Origin: Chiloscyllium plagiosum
Lineage: Eukaryota
Reading direction: 5' to 3'
Assembly: GCF_004010195.1 (NCBI RefSeq)
Contig: NC_057754.1
Location: 392,918 to 456,917, forward strand
DNA length: 64,000 bases
Made by a program: the position numbers and the translations under genes. Shown piece by piece: positions 37,710 through 60,454 of the stretch; the first letter of the stretch is position 1; each line of letters begins with the position of its first letter. The notes beneath the pieces are model-generated. The model was not told the DNA's origin. It searched no databases and was given only the letters and a program-made list of their open reading frames with translations.

Positions 37710-39810
37710 ACAAAAGCAGAAACTGCTGCTGAAACTCAGTAGGTCTGGCAGCAGCTATGAGAAGAAAGCAGAGTTAACTTCTGAGTCCAGTGACTTTTCA
37801 TCAGAACTGAGAGCAGTGAGGAAAATGGTCTATTTATACTGAAGATGAGATTTGAGGGAGTGATTAGATTAGATTCCCTACAGTGTGGAACCCGGCCCTT
37901 CGGCCCAACAAGTTCACACCGACCCTCCGAAGAGCAACCCACCCAGACACATTCCCCTACATTTACTCCTAACACTATGGGCAATTTAGCTTAGCCAATT
38001 CACCTAACCTGCATATCTTTGGACTGTGGGAGGAAACCCACGCAGACACAGGGAGAATGTGCAAACTCGACACAGACAGTTGCCCGAGGTGGGAATTGAA
38101 CCCGGGTCCCTTGCACTGTGAGGCAGCAGTGCTAACCACTGAGCCACCGTGCTGTGGGAGGAGAGGTGAGCGGATACTTAGAGATGGAACCCAGAGAAAT
38201 AGAGATGTCAAAGGGATTATTGATAACAGGCTCGGACAGAGGGAATAAATGATAATGAGAGCTGACAGTAGCAGAGAAGGATTGGCTGTAATGGATCTGG
38301 GTCAACCCATCTCATGTATTTCAGTTCCCATCCCTTCTCTCCCCTCCTACAACAACAGCTTTCACATTTAAAGGATTATAAGCTGCCATTTCCACCACCT
38401 CCAGCAGGATTTTGCAACCTGACATATATTTCCTTCCCCTCCTATGTCAGCATTCTGCAGGGACTGTTCCCTCCAGGATATCCTAGTCCAATATTCCTCC
38501 AATCCCAACACCTTCGCACATCCCCAGAGAACCTTCTTACGCAATTGCAGAAAGTATGACTTGCCAATTTGCCTCTTCCCTCTTCACTATCCCAGACATA
38601 CCTTCCAGGTGCAGCAGCGATTTACTGCACTTCATTCAATCTAATCTACTGTATTCACTGTTGATAATGAGGTCTCCTCTACTCTGGAGAGACAGAATAA
38701 AGACTGGGTGATAACTTTGTAGAAAACCTACATTCTGTCTGCAAAAATGACCCCAAGCTTCCAGTTAAATACCACTTCAACACACCATCATGTTCCCATG
38801 CCAACATTTCTGTTGCAGGCATGCTGCAGTGTTCCAGTGATCGTCAGTGCAAGTTCGAAAACAGTATCTCATTTTCCGGTTGAGTTCCCTGCAGCCTCAG
38901 GGACTCAACAGTGAAGTCAAGAACTTTAGAGCCTATTTCTGCCCTTACATGTTTCTTGCCCAGCCCCACACCTTGATTCTGTCTTTACATGGGTTGCTTT
39001 CATCACAGCCTATCCATTCTTTCCTTTCTCTCAGTTCTCGTTATCCCTTATTCAGCTTCTCTTTTGTGCTGACATACTATCAATACTCTAATCCCCTCAA
39101 TCTGCCTACCACTTTCAAGTATCTCTCTCACTCTCTCTCTGGGGTCCATCTCCACGTATCTGCCCATTTCCCATAGAGTCATTCAGCATGAAAACTGACC
39201 CTTTGGTCCAACTTGTTCATGCCGACCAAGTTTCCCAAACTAAACTAGTCACATTTGACTGTGTTTGGCCCATATCCAAACCTTGGAGATAGTGAGGACT
39301 GCAGATGCTGGGAAGACAATTGATAAAACATGGAGCTGCAAAAAGCACAGCAGGTCAAGCAACATCATGATGAAGTCCTGATGAAAGGTCCTGCCCGAAA
39401 CATCGACTCTCCTACTCCTCTGATGCTGCTTGACCTGCTGTGCTTTTTCCAGTTTCACATTTTATTGCCCCATAGCTGAACCTTTCCTAATGAAGTACCT
39501 GTCCAAATGTCTTTTAAATGTTGTAACTGTACTTGTATGTACCACTTCCGCTGGCAGTTCATTCCACATATGCTCCACCCTCTATGTGAAAAAGTTGTCT
39601 CTCAGGTTCTCTTTAAATCTTTCTTTTTTCACTTTAAAAATATTCCCTATAGTTTTGAACTCCAGTACCCTAGGAAAAATTTTAGTTACTAAGAATCGAA
39701 ACGTTAACTGCTTTCTTTCTTCCCACAGATGCTGCCAGACCAGCTGAATTTCAAAAGCAATTTCTGTTTTTGTTTCAGATCTCCAGCATCCTCAGTTCTT
39801 TGTTTTATTT
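37710..39810 (+). mobile_element. Decayed Penelope-like element (inverted pseudo-LTR, GIY-YIG region) with nested SINE, CR1 tail and hammerhead mini-element
   Basis: 38300-38930 is homologous to 18900-19520; inverted pseudo-LTR at ~37710-37850; CR1 tail at ~39172-39680; hammerhead CTGATGAAAGGTCCTGCCCGAAACATC at 39378. Confidence 0.7.
37864..38155 (-). mobile_element. HE1-type SINE
   Basis: Same head, body and tail as the other copies. Confidence 0.85.
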
Positions 39811-40049
39811 AAGATCATTACAATTGTATTGAGGCACCTAAGAGATGGAGCATGCTGTACAGATCTCATTGCACTCTGTACTTTCCAAGCTAAAATGTTT
39901 TATAATGTATTTTTATAAATGTCATGCGTAAAGTACATCCGTGGGGTGGGAGTGTGGAGAAGCTGTCTCTCCTTTCCCAGCTGAAGAGTGGTCACAAATA
40001 AATCTTTGAAGTTATGAAAGGCTTTTTATAACAAAGTGAGGAAGGAACC

Positions 40050-40592
40050 AGGACGGGATGGGAAGCAGTCACGATTAGATCAAATGGGGGGGGGGGGGGG
40101 GGACAGAGGAGAAACTTCTTCGTCTGAAGAGCGGAATGTGGAACTCGCTCCTATAAGGAGGGGACAAAGCGAATCGTGTCGTACTCTTTAAAAGGGGACG
40201 CTGGTTAAACAAATGAGAGGGTGTTGGGGAGCTGCTATGGGGCAGAACCACTGGCCCAGAGCTAGTGGGCGGATTGGTCTGTTTCTGCACTGAAAATTCA
40301 TGGGGACAACGTCAGCAAAGCTCGATCCGACATTCAAAGCTAACCAGCCAGAAGTTTTGGATCATTCAGGACGAAGAGTCCTTCAGCTCAGTGAAAGACT
40401 GACTCCAGAGCCTCCTGAAGCTGCCAAGTGGTGACCGAATGCTCCAATTTACACAATTACCTGCCAATGTCCAACTTAGCGAATCCTCAGCTCCCAGCTG
40501 CTCCTGGGACCGAGCGGAAGGTGTAAAGGGACGGACCGGAAGAAGCAAAATTTGATTTCCGTCTGATTCTGAACAGCGCCGTCAGGAAAAAC
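40050..40592 (+). promoter_or_regulatory. NAA40 promoter / 5' UTR region (GC- and CpG-enriched)
   Basis: Local CpG enrichment directly upstream of the ATG; GC box GTGGGCGG (~40266), inverted CCAAT (ATTGG ~40273), ETS-like CGGAAG (~40515) and ACCGGAAG (40535-40542). Confidence 0.65.
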
Positions 40593-49591
<8,999 letters not shown>

Positions 49592-49772
49592 AAGATCAAC
49601 ATTGAGCCCCCATCTCCACCTCTCTAAAATTCCCCTTCCAAACAGATTCATCATACCATGTGAAAATGGAAACGGAGTTCAATGTACAAGCTATCACAGC
49701 ATGTAAATTGTTGGAGAAAGCTTTGTTTGAAAGATTTCTTTCCCAAACATCCACTTATCTATATGTACTGTG

Positions 49773-50082
49773 AATAAAACCCAGACACTCTCTGCCAGCC
49801 CCTACAACTCCATAGCTGGCCATTTGGAGCCAAATCTCTTTGCTGTTTACGAGCCAAATGACAGCACATTCTTCTAAATAGTAAAAGGGCTGTTTCCAAC
49901 TTTTTTTTTAAGAAGCAACTTATTTATATATAAAATTTTTAAAAAATAATTGTCAAGTCTGAGCAGAATATCGAACAGAAAAATACTGGAATTGTGGGAC
50001 TTTTCTAAAGTTCAATTTTTGAATAACACTTCAGCCAGTTTGAGGACATACTGTATATTATGTCTGTAATATATTTAATAAA
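49773..50082 (+). terminator. Candidate NAA40 polyadenylation signals
   Basis: AATAAA at 49773-49778 and 50077-50082; the distal one is followed by a GT/T-rich tract (cagttttgtttg). Confidence 0.55.
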
Positions 50083-51411
50083 ACAGTTTTGTTTGAATAT
50101 TTTCCATTTTTAATTCCCATACACACTTGCAATGAGAACTGCCTATGTAAACCTGTCACAGGGTAATAACACCCTGCTGTCTGGAGGTACTTAGCGTCTG
50201 ACGACCTTACATTGGTAGTGCCATTGTCCATGTGCAGGTAGAAATTTGTAATGGAATTAAGAGCAGAAATGTGGCATTAAAATAGGGTCTAATCTCCAAC
50301 TGGTCCAGTTATTCCTCTCACTCTTCTTCACCTGAAGTCTGCAATAGCTCCCCATTATCTCTTTTCTAGATTTTAATATAAATAGAAATGAATATGTCCT
50401 TCTACTAGTTTTATGTCCGGGTCTGATATCACTGGCACCAAATTGCAGATTAAATTACCAGGGGTTGTAATGATTATATGTGACCCAGAAAAAGTTTGAG
50501 TACTGTGAATGGGTCTGATGATTATCTGTTCAGTCAGCCGGTGCATGTCAACCTGGATATGGTTTTTAAAGTATTGTTGGGCTTTGTGTCTTTGTCATAG
50601 ACAACCAGAAACTGAAATCCAAACCACAAATTGTCCTTTATGTTGCAAACTTCCCTCTGATTATCTTTTCATTTTTGAATCATGTCTAACTCTACTTGTG
50701 CATATTAGGATTTGGTCCTCGAAACAGGATGCATCCAAACAAACTATTTGTACTATGGGGTTGTGGGCCTTGTTTTTAATATATTCAATAAATCTTTTTT
50801 ACTGTTTTTATTCTCTTTCATTTTGTTCCTTACCATTTCTTGCCTTTTGGTTTCATTTTTTTTTCCTGATAAAGGAAGCAGGTAGTTTTGTGTCTGTAAC
50901 AATTGATTTGTAGCAATTCTGTCACCTGCAAAGTGAAGAGCAGCATAACCTGATTCCACAGCAATAAGTGTTACGTTGAAGCATCAGGAGTCCAGGAAAA
51001 TGGCAGGTCCAGTCTTTTACCTGGACCTGTTGAGCTAGAACATCAGGAATGTTGCAAAGAGGGTTGAGGCATTCAGTCCTTAAGTTTTTTCCAAAAGCCA
51101 ATTAGATTGTGATTAGACTGTACCTGCAGTCCATGACCAACTCCTGCTCCCTATATCCAGTAGGGGACACAGTTGCGCTGTGTTCAACCCTTGTCAATGG
51201 AGAATGAGAGTTTATAGTTAGCACATTGAGATCAAAAGGCTGACAACTTCAGATTGTGGACAATTAAGGCTGACTACAAGTAGCTAGTTCACATTCATTT
51301 TTGTTGCCACACAGCAAGCACCAAGTAGGATACTACAGTAGAAAGATAAAATTATGTTTTGACAAGAACAGTTCAGCATTTATGGATTGGCCTAAACTGG
51401 TCAGCTACAGT

Positions 51412-51860
51412 GTAGAGGAGCTGGTGTTGGACTGGGGTGAACAAAGTTTATCAATCAATCACAACACCAGGTTATAGTCCAATAGGTTTATTTGGAAGCA
51501 CTAGCTTTCGGAGTTCATCCGGTAAGACCATAAGACATAATTTATAGCAAAAGATTACAGTTCCATGCAGTTGAAATGATATATTGAATGAAGATAGATT
51601 ATTGATAAGTCTTTCATCTTTTAGAATGGGTTGTGGGTTTTGGTTCATTAATATGTAATCCCCAGAACTACTTTTAAGTAACATTTTCAGCTCAGACAAT
51701 GAATATTATCATTTCAACTGCATGGCACTGTAATCTTTTGCTATAAATTGTGTCTTATGGTCCTACTTCACAACTACCTGATGAAGGAGCAGTGCTCTGA
51801 AAACTATTGCTTCCAAATAAACCTGTCAGATTATAATCTGGTGTTGTGTGATTTTTAACT
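51412..51860. mobile_element. Non-autonomous fold-back Penelope-derived element (family C) with hammerhead
   Basis: Inverted termini ACAACACCAGGTTATAGTCCAATAGGTTTATTTGGAAGCA / TGCTTCCAAATAAACCTG..ATTATAATCTGGTGTTGT; TSD TGGTCAGCTA(C/T)AGT at 51398-51411 and 51861-51874; core CTGATGA-A-GGAGC-AGT-GCTCT-GAAA at 51778. Confidence 0.75.
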
Positions 51861-51880
51861 TGGTCAGCTATAGTTCAGTG

Positions 51881-51965
51881 CTGAAAATGTGTTGCTGGAA
51901 AAGCGCAGCAGGTCAGGCAGCATCCAAGGAGCAGGAGAATTGACGTTTCGGGCATAAGCCCTTCT
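51881..51965 (-). mobile_element. 85-bp hammerhead-bearing insertion with 17-bp TSD
   Basis: TSD TCAGCTATAGTTCAGTG at 51864-51880 and 51966-51982; minus strand CTGAAGAAGGGCTTATGCCCGAAACGTC. Confidence 0.82.
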
Positions 51966-52069
51966 TCAGCTATAGTTCAGTGAGCAGCAACTCTCCTGAG
52001 TGAGATGTTGGTTCAAGTCACATTCCAGGACTTAGGTACATGATCCAGGCTGGATTACTAAGACAGTAT

Positions 52070-55000
52070 TTAAAAATTCTTTTGTGGATGTGGGTGTAGC
52101 TGGTCAGCATTTCCCATACCTAATTGCCCTGCAGAAGGTGGCATTTTTGAAGTACAGTTCTTGGAGTGCGAGAACATTCACTGCTGTTAGGAAGGGAGTT
52201 TTAGGACCATTGACCGTGAGGGAACAGCAATATATTTTGGATATTATTTGGTTTGGAGGAGAACGTAAAGGTGGTGTTCCCATGTATCTACAGCCCTCAT
52301 TGTTCTGAGAAAAGAGGTTGTGGGTTTGGAAAATGCTGTTGAGGGAAACTTGGTGAGTAGTTCTTGAGCGTCTTGTAGATGTTACACATTGCTACTGCTA
52401 TGCATCTGGTTGAAGTGAGTTAATATTGAAGGTGGATGGGTGCCAATCAAGTGGCTGCTTTGTCCTGATTAGTAGCAAGTCTCTTGACTGTATATTCATC
52501 TAGGCAAGTGGGGAGTGTTCCATCAAAGTTCTGTATTGTGCCTTTAGATGATGGGAGGCAGGAGGTGAGCTACTCAATGAAGAATTCCTAATCTCTGACC
52601 AACTGTTACAGCCACAGTGTATGTGTATATATATATATTGTTGAAGATGGTCATTGTGTGGAACTTGAGTGTGGATGTTACTTGCCACGTATCAGCTCCA
52701 GTCTGGATATTGTCTAGGTCTTGCTCTGTTTGGACATGGATTGTTTCAGTATCTGAAGAGTTCTGAATGGTGCTGAACACACAATCATCAGAAAACTTCT
52801 CAATTTCTGACTTTATGATGGACAGTCAGTCATTGATGAAGCAGTTGAAAAGGTGGACCTAGGTCACTACTGTAGAACTTAGTGATGTCATGGGACTGAT
52901 GATGACCTTTAACAACCATATCCTATTTTCCTTTGTGCTATATATGATTCTAATCATCGAGGAATTTCTTGCCTGATTCCTATTGACTCCAGTTTTGCTC
53001 TGGCTGCATGATGCCATATTAGCTCAAATGCTGCATTAAGATCAAAGGTATTCACACTCTCCTCACCTTTGGAATTCAACTCTTTTTTTCTATGAGTGAA
53101 CCAAGGCTATAATGAAGTCAGCAACAGAGTAACCAAATTGAGCATCAGTGAACAGGTTATTAATTTGCAAATATCATTAAATTGCACGGTCAACTACCCC
53201 TTCTGTTGCTTTACTGAATAGACAGTGCAGTAATTGGCTGAATTCGATTTGCCCTGTTTTGTTTTCTGTAAATACCTGGTCAGTTTTCCACATTTTCCAG
53301 CATATATGCCAATGTCAGTAACAGCTTGACCATAAGTGCAGCTTGTTTTGGAGAAAAAAACTATTGCAAGAATGATAGCTTTTGCAGTATCCAGTGCCTC
53401 TAGACATTTCCTGACACTATGTGGAATTGAGTGTAGTTAAGACAAAGATACATAGGTTCTTGATTAGTAACAAGATCAAGAGTTACAGGGAGAAGATACG
53501 AGAGGAGTTGAGAAATATATCAGCCATGGCAGAGCGGACTCAAAGGGCCAAATGGTTTAATTCTGTTTCCATGTCTTATGGACTTCTGGACCGAATTCTG
53601 AAGACTTGTATCTGTGAAGCAGTGGACCTCGGAAGGAGACAGCGATGGATCATCCATGTATAGTTCTGGCTGAAGATAAATACAAATTCTTCAGCCTTGC
53701 TGTATGCACTTGATGAGAATGAGGATATTTATGGCGCCTCCACCTCCAGTGAGTTAATTATCTGTCATCATTCATGACAATGTGTCCTTGTCACTGTTTG
53801 GTATTCAAATAGTCATCAGGTTGGTACCACGTTTTAGGTATGCCTGGTGCTGCTGTTGGGAAAGCCTGTTTGGAGAACAAATGTTGATCTCCTAGCTGGT
53901 TGGTAGTGATCGCATGGGGAGATGCCAAGCAATTGTGACTGAATATAATTCTGTTGCTGATGGCCAAAACACCTAGTAGATTGGAGGACTAGATTTGAGT
54001 TGCTAGATCTTTTTAGTGTCTTTGCCACTTAGAGTATAGAGTCATAGAGATATACAGCATGGAAACAGACCCTTCGGTCTAATCTGTCCATGCCGACCAG
54101 ATATCCCAACCCAATCTAGTCCCACCAACCAGCACCCAGCCCATATCCATCCAAACCCTTCCTATTCATATACCCATCCAAATGCCTCTTAAATGTTGCA
54201 ATTGTACCAGCCTCCATCCTCTAGCAGCTCATTCCATACATGTACCACCTTCTGCGTGAAAACGTTGCCCCTTAGTTCTCTTTTATATCTTTCCCCTCTC
54301 ACCCTAAACCTATACCCTCTAGTTCTGGACTCCCCGATCCCAGGGAAAAGACTTTGTCTATTTATCCTATCCGCCCCTCATAATTTTGTAAACCTTTATA
54401 AGGTCACCCCTCAACCTCCGGTGCTCCAGGGAAAACAGCCCCAGCCTGTTCAGCCTCTCCCTGTAACTCAAATCCTTCAACCCTGCCAACATTCTTTTGT
54501 AAATCTTTTCTGAACCCTTTCAAGTTTCACAACATCTTTCTGGTAGGAAGGAGACCAGAATTGCACGCAGTATTCCAACAGTGGCCTAACCAATGTCCTG
54601 TACAGCCGCAACATGACCTCCCAACTCCTGTACTCAATACTCTGACCAATAAAGGAAAGCATACCAAACGCCTTGTTCACTATCCTATCTACCTGCGACT
54701 CCACTTTCAAGGAGCTATTAGGACCTTACCATTAAGTGTATAAGTCCTGCTAAGATTTGCTTTCCCAAAATGCAGCACCTTGCATTTATCTGAATTAAAC
54801 TCCATTTGCCACTTCTCAGCCCATTGGCCCATCTGGTCCAGATCCTGTTGCAATCTGAGGTAACCCTCTTCGCTGGCCACTATACCTCCAATTTTGGTGT
54901 CATCTGCAAATTTACTAACTGTACCTCTTATGTTCGCATCCAAATCATTTATGTAAATGACAAAAAGTAGAGGACCCAGCACCGATCCTTGTGGCACTCC

Positions 55001-56400
55001 ACTGGTCACAGGCCTCCAGTCTGAAAAACAACCTTCCACCACCACCCTCTGTCTTATATCTTTGAGCCAGTTCTGTATCCAAATGGCTAGTTCTCCCTTT
55101 ATTCCATAAGATCTAACCTTGCTAATCAGTCTCCCATGGGGAACCTTGTCGAACACCTTACTGAAGTCCATATAGATCACATCTACTGCTCTGCCCTCAT
55201 CAATCCTCTTTGTTACTTCTTCAAAAAACTCAATCAAGTTTGTGAGACATGATTTTGGAAAGTCCTTGCATTTCCAAATACATGTACATCCTGTCCCTCA
55301 GGATTCCCTCCAACAACTTGCCCACCACTGAGGTCAGGCTCACCGGTCTATAGTTCCCTGGCTTGTCTTTACCGCCCTTCTTCAACAGCGGCACCACGTT
55401 TGCCAACCTCCAGTCTTCCGGCACCTCACCTGTGACTATCGATGATACAAATATCTCAGCAAGAGGCCCAGCAATCACTTCTCTAGCTTCCCACAGACTG
55501 GTAGTGCCACACACCATGAATGTTATCCTCACAGTGAAGACAGGACTTAATCTTATCAAGGACTGCACAGTGATCACTCTTACCAATACTATCATGAACA
55601 GATACACTTGGGGCAGGTAGATGAGGGCAATAAGTTTTTAACCTCTTGGTTCCCTCACCACCAGCTGCCGAGCCAGTCTAACGGAAATGTTCTTTAAGAC
55701 TTTGCCAGCTTAGCTGATCTTGGTCCTATTGCACCATCTTTTGTGACAGACATTGAAATTGGCCACCCAGAATACATTCAGTACCTTTGCCATTCTCAGT
55801 CCTTCCTCCAAGCAATGGTCAACAGGGAGGAGTATCAATTCATTAGCTGGGGGGTGGGGAGGGAGTTGTACGTGGTAATCAGCAGGAGGTTACCTTGCCA
55901 GCGTTTGACCAGAAACTATAAATCTTCATGGGGTTCAAAATCAACATTGAAGCTTCCAGGGCAACTACCTCCTGTGCCACAGTGCCTTCAACTCTGATAG
56001 GTCTATTCTACTAATGTGACAGCATATATTCAGGAATGCTGATGATGGTGTCTGAGACATTGTCTTTAAAGTATGATTCCAAAAGAATGACTGTACCAGA
56101 CTATTGCTTGTCTCGTCTAAGGTACATCTCCACTAATTTTGGCACAAGCCCCAGATATTGATTAGTACTATTTTACAGGGTCAACTGGGCTTGGTTTGTC
56201 ATGCTCATTTCCAGTGCCTAAGTTGATGCCAGGTGATCTATTCAGTTTTGATCCTTTCTTTAGGCTTTATACAACTGAGTGACTTACAGTTAAGCGTCAA
56301 CCACATTGCTGAAGCGTCTGAAATCACAAACAGATCCCAAATGAACCATCAATTTATGACAACTAGATCCTGGCTACAGATGAGTTTCCAGATGGGTTAC
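52070..56400 (-). mobile_element. Long decayed LINE (CR1/L2 group) with nested CR1s
   Basis: QDLDNIQTGADTWQV and MEHSPLA motifs; same family as ~10950-11610. Confidence 0.55.
54031..55496 (-). mobile_element. Young 5'-truncated CR1 LINE (same family as 27443-32275), with a small internal deletion at ~54718
   Basis: ORFs 54477-55607: PGNYRPVSLTSVVGKLLEGIL, YMDFSKVFDKVPH, GVPQGSVLGPLLF and KFADDTKIGG; (CTCTATGA)n tail. Confidence 0.92.
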
Positions 56401-56933
56401 CCCGCATTGTCAAGCTCCTGGATGAGGGGAGATGAACCCTTCTTTATTCATTCGCATCATCCAGTTAGTAGCAACAAGTTTAGTTTATGGTGCATTTTCT
56501 CTTTCTCTGCCCATTCTTGTGAATAATTATCATACCAAATAAATTTATTAAAAGAAGGCAATTTAATGACGTTTTCTTGAATGAACAAAATAAACATGTT
56601 TATTAATGACTAAATATGATAATAATAAAACAATATACATACATAGATTAGAAATGAGAAGTGGGTCCAAAATAACATTAATGTTAAGAGACAAACTGAT
56701 CTGTCTCAGTGGGTTATTGGGAAGTGTGGAACTGTGATAATTGAGCAGTCAATTTAGAGATATAACAGAAACTCTTATTCTCTCTCTTTCCTTCTGACTA
56801 ACTTGATGGCAAACTTGTAGCACTTTGTGCAGAATGTTCTTTACCTATGATGCAGGGGTTGACTAATGGATGTTTCTTCAAGTGTGACCTTCATAGTACA
56901 CTAGTACTTGAAACAGGCTAGTATACACAAGTA

Positions 56934-57134
56934 CTGAAAATGTGTTGCTGGAAAACCGCAGCAGGTCAGGCAGCATCCAAGGAACAGGAGAATCGACATT
57001 TCGGGCATAAGCCCTTCTTCAGGACTTATGCCCGAAACGTCGATTCTCCTGTTCCTTGGATGCTGCCTGACCTGCGCTTTTCCAGCAACACATTTTCAGC
57101 TCTGATCTCCAGCATCTGCAGTCCTCACTTTCTC
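56934..57134. mobile_element. 201-bp fold-back hammerhead-bearing insertion with 16-bp TSD
   Basis: TSD CTAGTATACACAAGTA at 56918-56933 and 57135-57150; inverted arms of about 75 bp; core at 56995-57022 (-). Confidence 0.85.
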
Positions 57135-58011
57135 CTAGTATACACAAGTATCTTAGTTCACTAGCACAAGAAGCTCAGAACAGGATTGAACTAGCTTTTA
57201 ATCCCTCATTCTTGTGTATTCTTGAAAAGTAAAGGCAAAAAGCATGTCTATTGCTCAGACCATTTTTTTCTCCCATCATATTCACTGAGAACTTTCTGGA
57301 GATTACAGTTTACATACATGAGGTTATTTACATACCTCCCTTTAACTACATCCTTTTGAAGGTTCCTTGACACTTCAGGTGTAATATTCTATGGTCACTT
57401 TCCAGATAGCCACTGAATTTACATCTGCAAGAGCTTTTGATACTCCTTTTTATATAAAAATACGATTAAAAATGAAGATGTTAGTACGTAATTCAGGATC
57501 CCTCTGTAATCATGACACCAGCTATGGCAGATATCCTTTCTTAAAGAGGATTCATGGAAATCCTGCCAATGTAGTATACTTACAACTTTCAAAAGGCATT
57601 CAATAAGGTGCCATACATGTTAACAGTCAAGTAAAGGACATTAGCATGGATAAGAACTGGTTTGTGGACAAGGACTAAGAATTAGAGAAAAATAGGGTGT
57701 TTTTAAGTTGGCAGGCTGCAATTAGTGGGATGTGGCAAGAATCAGTGGTGTGGGCTCAGCTATATACAATCTTTATTCATTACTTGGGTAAAGAGACAGA
57801 GTAACGTATATGCATTTACAGGATGCAAAGCTAAGTGGAAATGCAAGCTGTGGATGGAAAAGACTCAATTAAGTGACTGGGCAACACAATGGCAGAAGTA
57901 TGAGGTTATTTAGCTTAGTGATAAAAACAGAAACCCAGAATATTTTTTAAAAGATTGAAACTTGTGAATGTTCATGTTCAGAAAGACTTTAGTATGTAGT
58001 ATACTAATAGA

Positions 58012-58124
58012 GGAGAAAGTGAGGACTGCAGATGCTGGAGAAGAGCTTATGCCCGAAACGTCGATTCTCCTGTTCCTTGGATGCTGCCTGACCTGCTGCG
58101 CTTTTCCAGCAACACATTTTCAGC
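58012..58124 (+). mobile_element. Short family A insertion with 14-bp TSD and 5' inversion
   Basis: TSD AGTATACTAATAGA at 57998-58011 and 58125-58138; hammerhead core truncated (only GCTTATGCCCGAAACGTC remains). Confidence 0.8.
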
Positions 58125-60399
58125 AGTATACTAATAGAACCTTCCTACATCTAGTAGGTAGTATAACAAGCAATGAAGAGAGTAAATAGTAAATGGAAAA
58201 CAGCTGGCCTTTATTGTAAAGGGATCCAAGTACAAGAATTGGAGTCTTACAATTGTTGACCCCTGAATTTAAGGAAAGAAAGAGTTGTATTGGACAGAAA
58301 ATAGAATCAGCAAGTCTTCACCAGATTAGTCCCTGGCAAATGGGAGTTGTCCTTCAATAAAAGGCTGAATAAATTATGTTTTATCTTGCGTGTTAAACCA
58401 ATATTGCTACACACGCAATGAGTTACCAGTCTGGACTATCTCAGGCTGTGGGTGTCTGCACATATTGTCCCTGAAGCTACTCTCTCATTTTCTGTAAGGA
58501 CATTTATTCAATTCCTTATGCACTGTAACACTATTTACATCTGTACATTGCAGATTCTCAGTCTAGAATGACCATTCAAAGAGAGAGTTCTTACTTTACA
58601 AGACTAGAGAGCTGTCTTCTCTTTTATTGATGTTGGAGTCATGTGATCAGTTATCATCATGGTTTACATGAACCTCATTGTGCTTTACACTCATCTATAT
58701 TCTCTGGAATGTTTTAGAATGAGAAGCGATCTCTGAAGCATAAGATTCTAATGGGGTGAAAACTAAGTTATTGTTTCCCCTAATTGTAAATTCTAAAACA
58801 TGAGGGCAGAGTCTCAGGAAAAGAGGTCAATTATAAAGGACTAAAGTGAAGATAAGTTTCTTTATTCAAAAGGTTATGACTCTTCAGTTTCCATCATCTC
58901 TTTGTAGATGGAAGTCACTTATCTAGTTTCCTTTTCTGGGAACTTGACTATGAAAATTGAATGCTAGCCTGCATAATCATAATCAGATTTCAAAATAATT
59001 CCAGCGCTGTAAAGTGCTTCATCTGTCCAGTGCCCAGATCATAAGCCTGACTCTCCACTAGACTTTCCAGCAAAATGAACTGTAATTCTTTGATGCTGCT
59101 GATGTTTTTCATGCCAGGCGAAGGAAGATGAATCCAAGCATGGTTACATAGAAGTGTGCAATTCAGTCCCTCAAGCTTGCTCCATCATTTTAAATCATGG
59201 CTTATAATCTACCTCAAAGTTATTCTCCTCTGCTAACTCCATATCCTTTTTATCATAATTATCTAGAAATCTACTGATTTTTCTCGAATTTACTTAATCA
59301 CTGAATTTCAACAGCATCCAATGGTAGAGAATTCCAAAGATTCACCAGCTTCCAAATGAAGGTTTTCAGCCTTATCTTAGTTCTAAATGGTATGAATTAA
59401 ATTGGCTGAAAACTGGCATTTGTGATTCTGTGGCCCTCTGGACAAGGTCAAGATTAGTCATCCACTTGGCACTTCTGCCCGAAGATTATTTCAAATGTTT
59501 CAGCGGTATCGTTTTGTACTGACCTGCTGGGTGCTCCCATCATCGAGGTTGAAGATACTTCTGGTGTTTCTAAATGTTTGAAATTCCAGAGAACACAGGT
59601 TCTATCTCTTCAATCTCTCCTCGCAGGTCAATCCTACTATCCCACGAGTTAGATTAATGAATTTCCTCCTTGGTAAGCATGGAATACAAATCTAGTATGA
59701 TTGTACATTATGTAAGCTCTTTCATAAGTGTAATAAAAGCGACAACACTGCCAGCTATACAAAAATGCAAAAGTTTTATTTTTATTGAGCATCTTCAGCT
59801 CAGTGTATCAGCATTGTTCACCATTAGAAATGAGTTGTTTCATCCTCTTGAAGCTCTTTCTCCTATCTACTTGATGGTAGTTGATCTGAACCTCCAGTTT
59901 ATTCACTCCTATTTTCTTCATATCCTCCGATACGCTTACGCGAGGGAAGAAAAGACGACCCACTTCGGCCTGCAAAAATCTATCTTTGATCAGCTCCTAT
60001 TTGTCAATGTTACTCTGATAAGATTTCAGTGAATTTGTCTACAACTAGTTTTAGATTGGCAGGTCTACAGTCATCTAGTTTCTCTGTCCCTTTTTAAATA
60101 ACAGTGATACTTCCATTAACCAATTCTGAAGCACAATTCCTGAATTTAGAGATCTTTGCAAAATACTGACTATAACACATCTTGAACTTCTTCCTCGATC
60201 TCACTGGAGCTGGGATAGTTGACCCGAAGAAAATCTCCAAGGCTTAGAAGGATCCGCAAAACATATCAAATGGAAGTGCATGTGAAGGAAGCAAGAATGT
60301 CTGCATGCTGATGCTGAGGTCACAAACAGGAGGGCATTAAGTTTGTGACTTCACAGTGTGCAAAAACCAAACTGCCAGCTCACATCCTCCACCTTCACA

Positions 60400-60454
60400 A
60401 TGAAGATCCCTGCATTGTTTCTCATCGTCTTCCTCTTGCTTCTCCTATCAGTGG
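60400..60454 (+). CDS. SPINK-like exon 1 (signal peptide)
   Basis: cacaATGAAG...GTGG|gcaagt; MKIPALFLIVFLLLLLSV is a hydrophobic signal peptide; 55 coding nt, phase 1. Confidence 0.75.
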
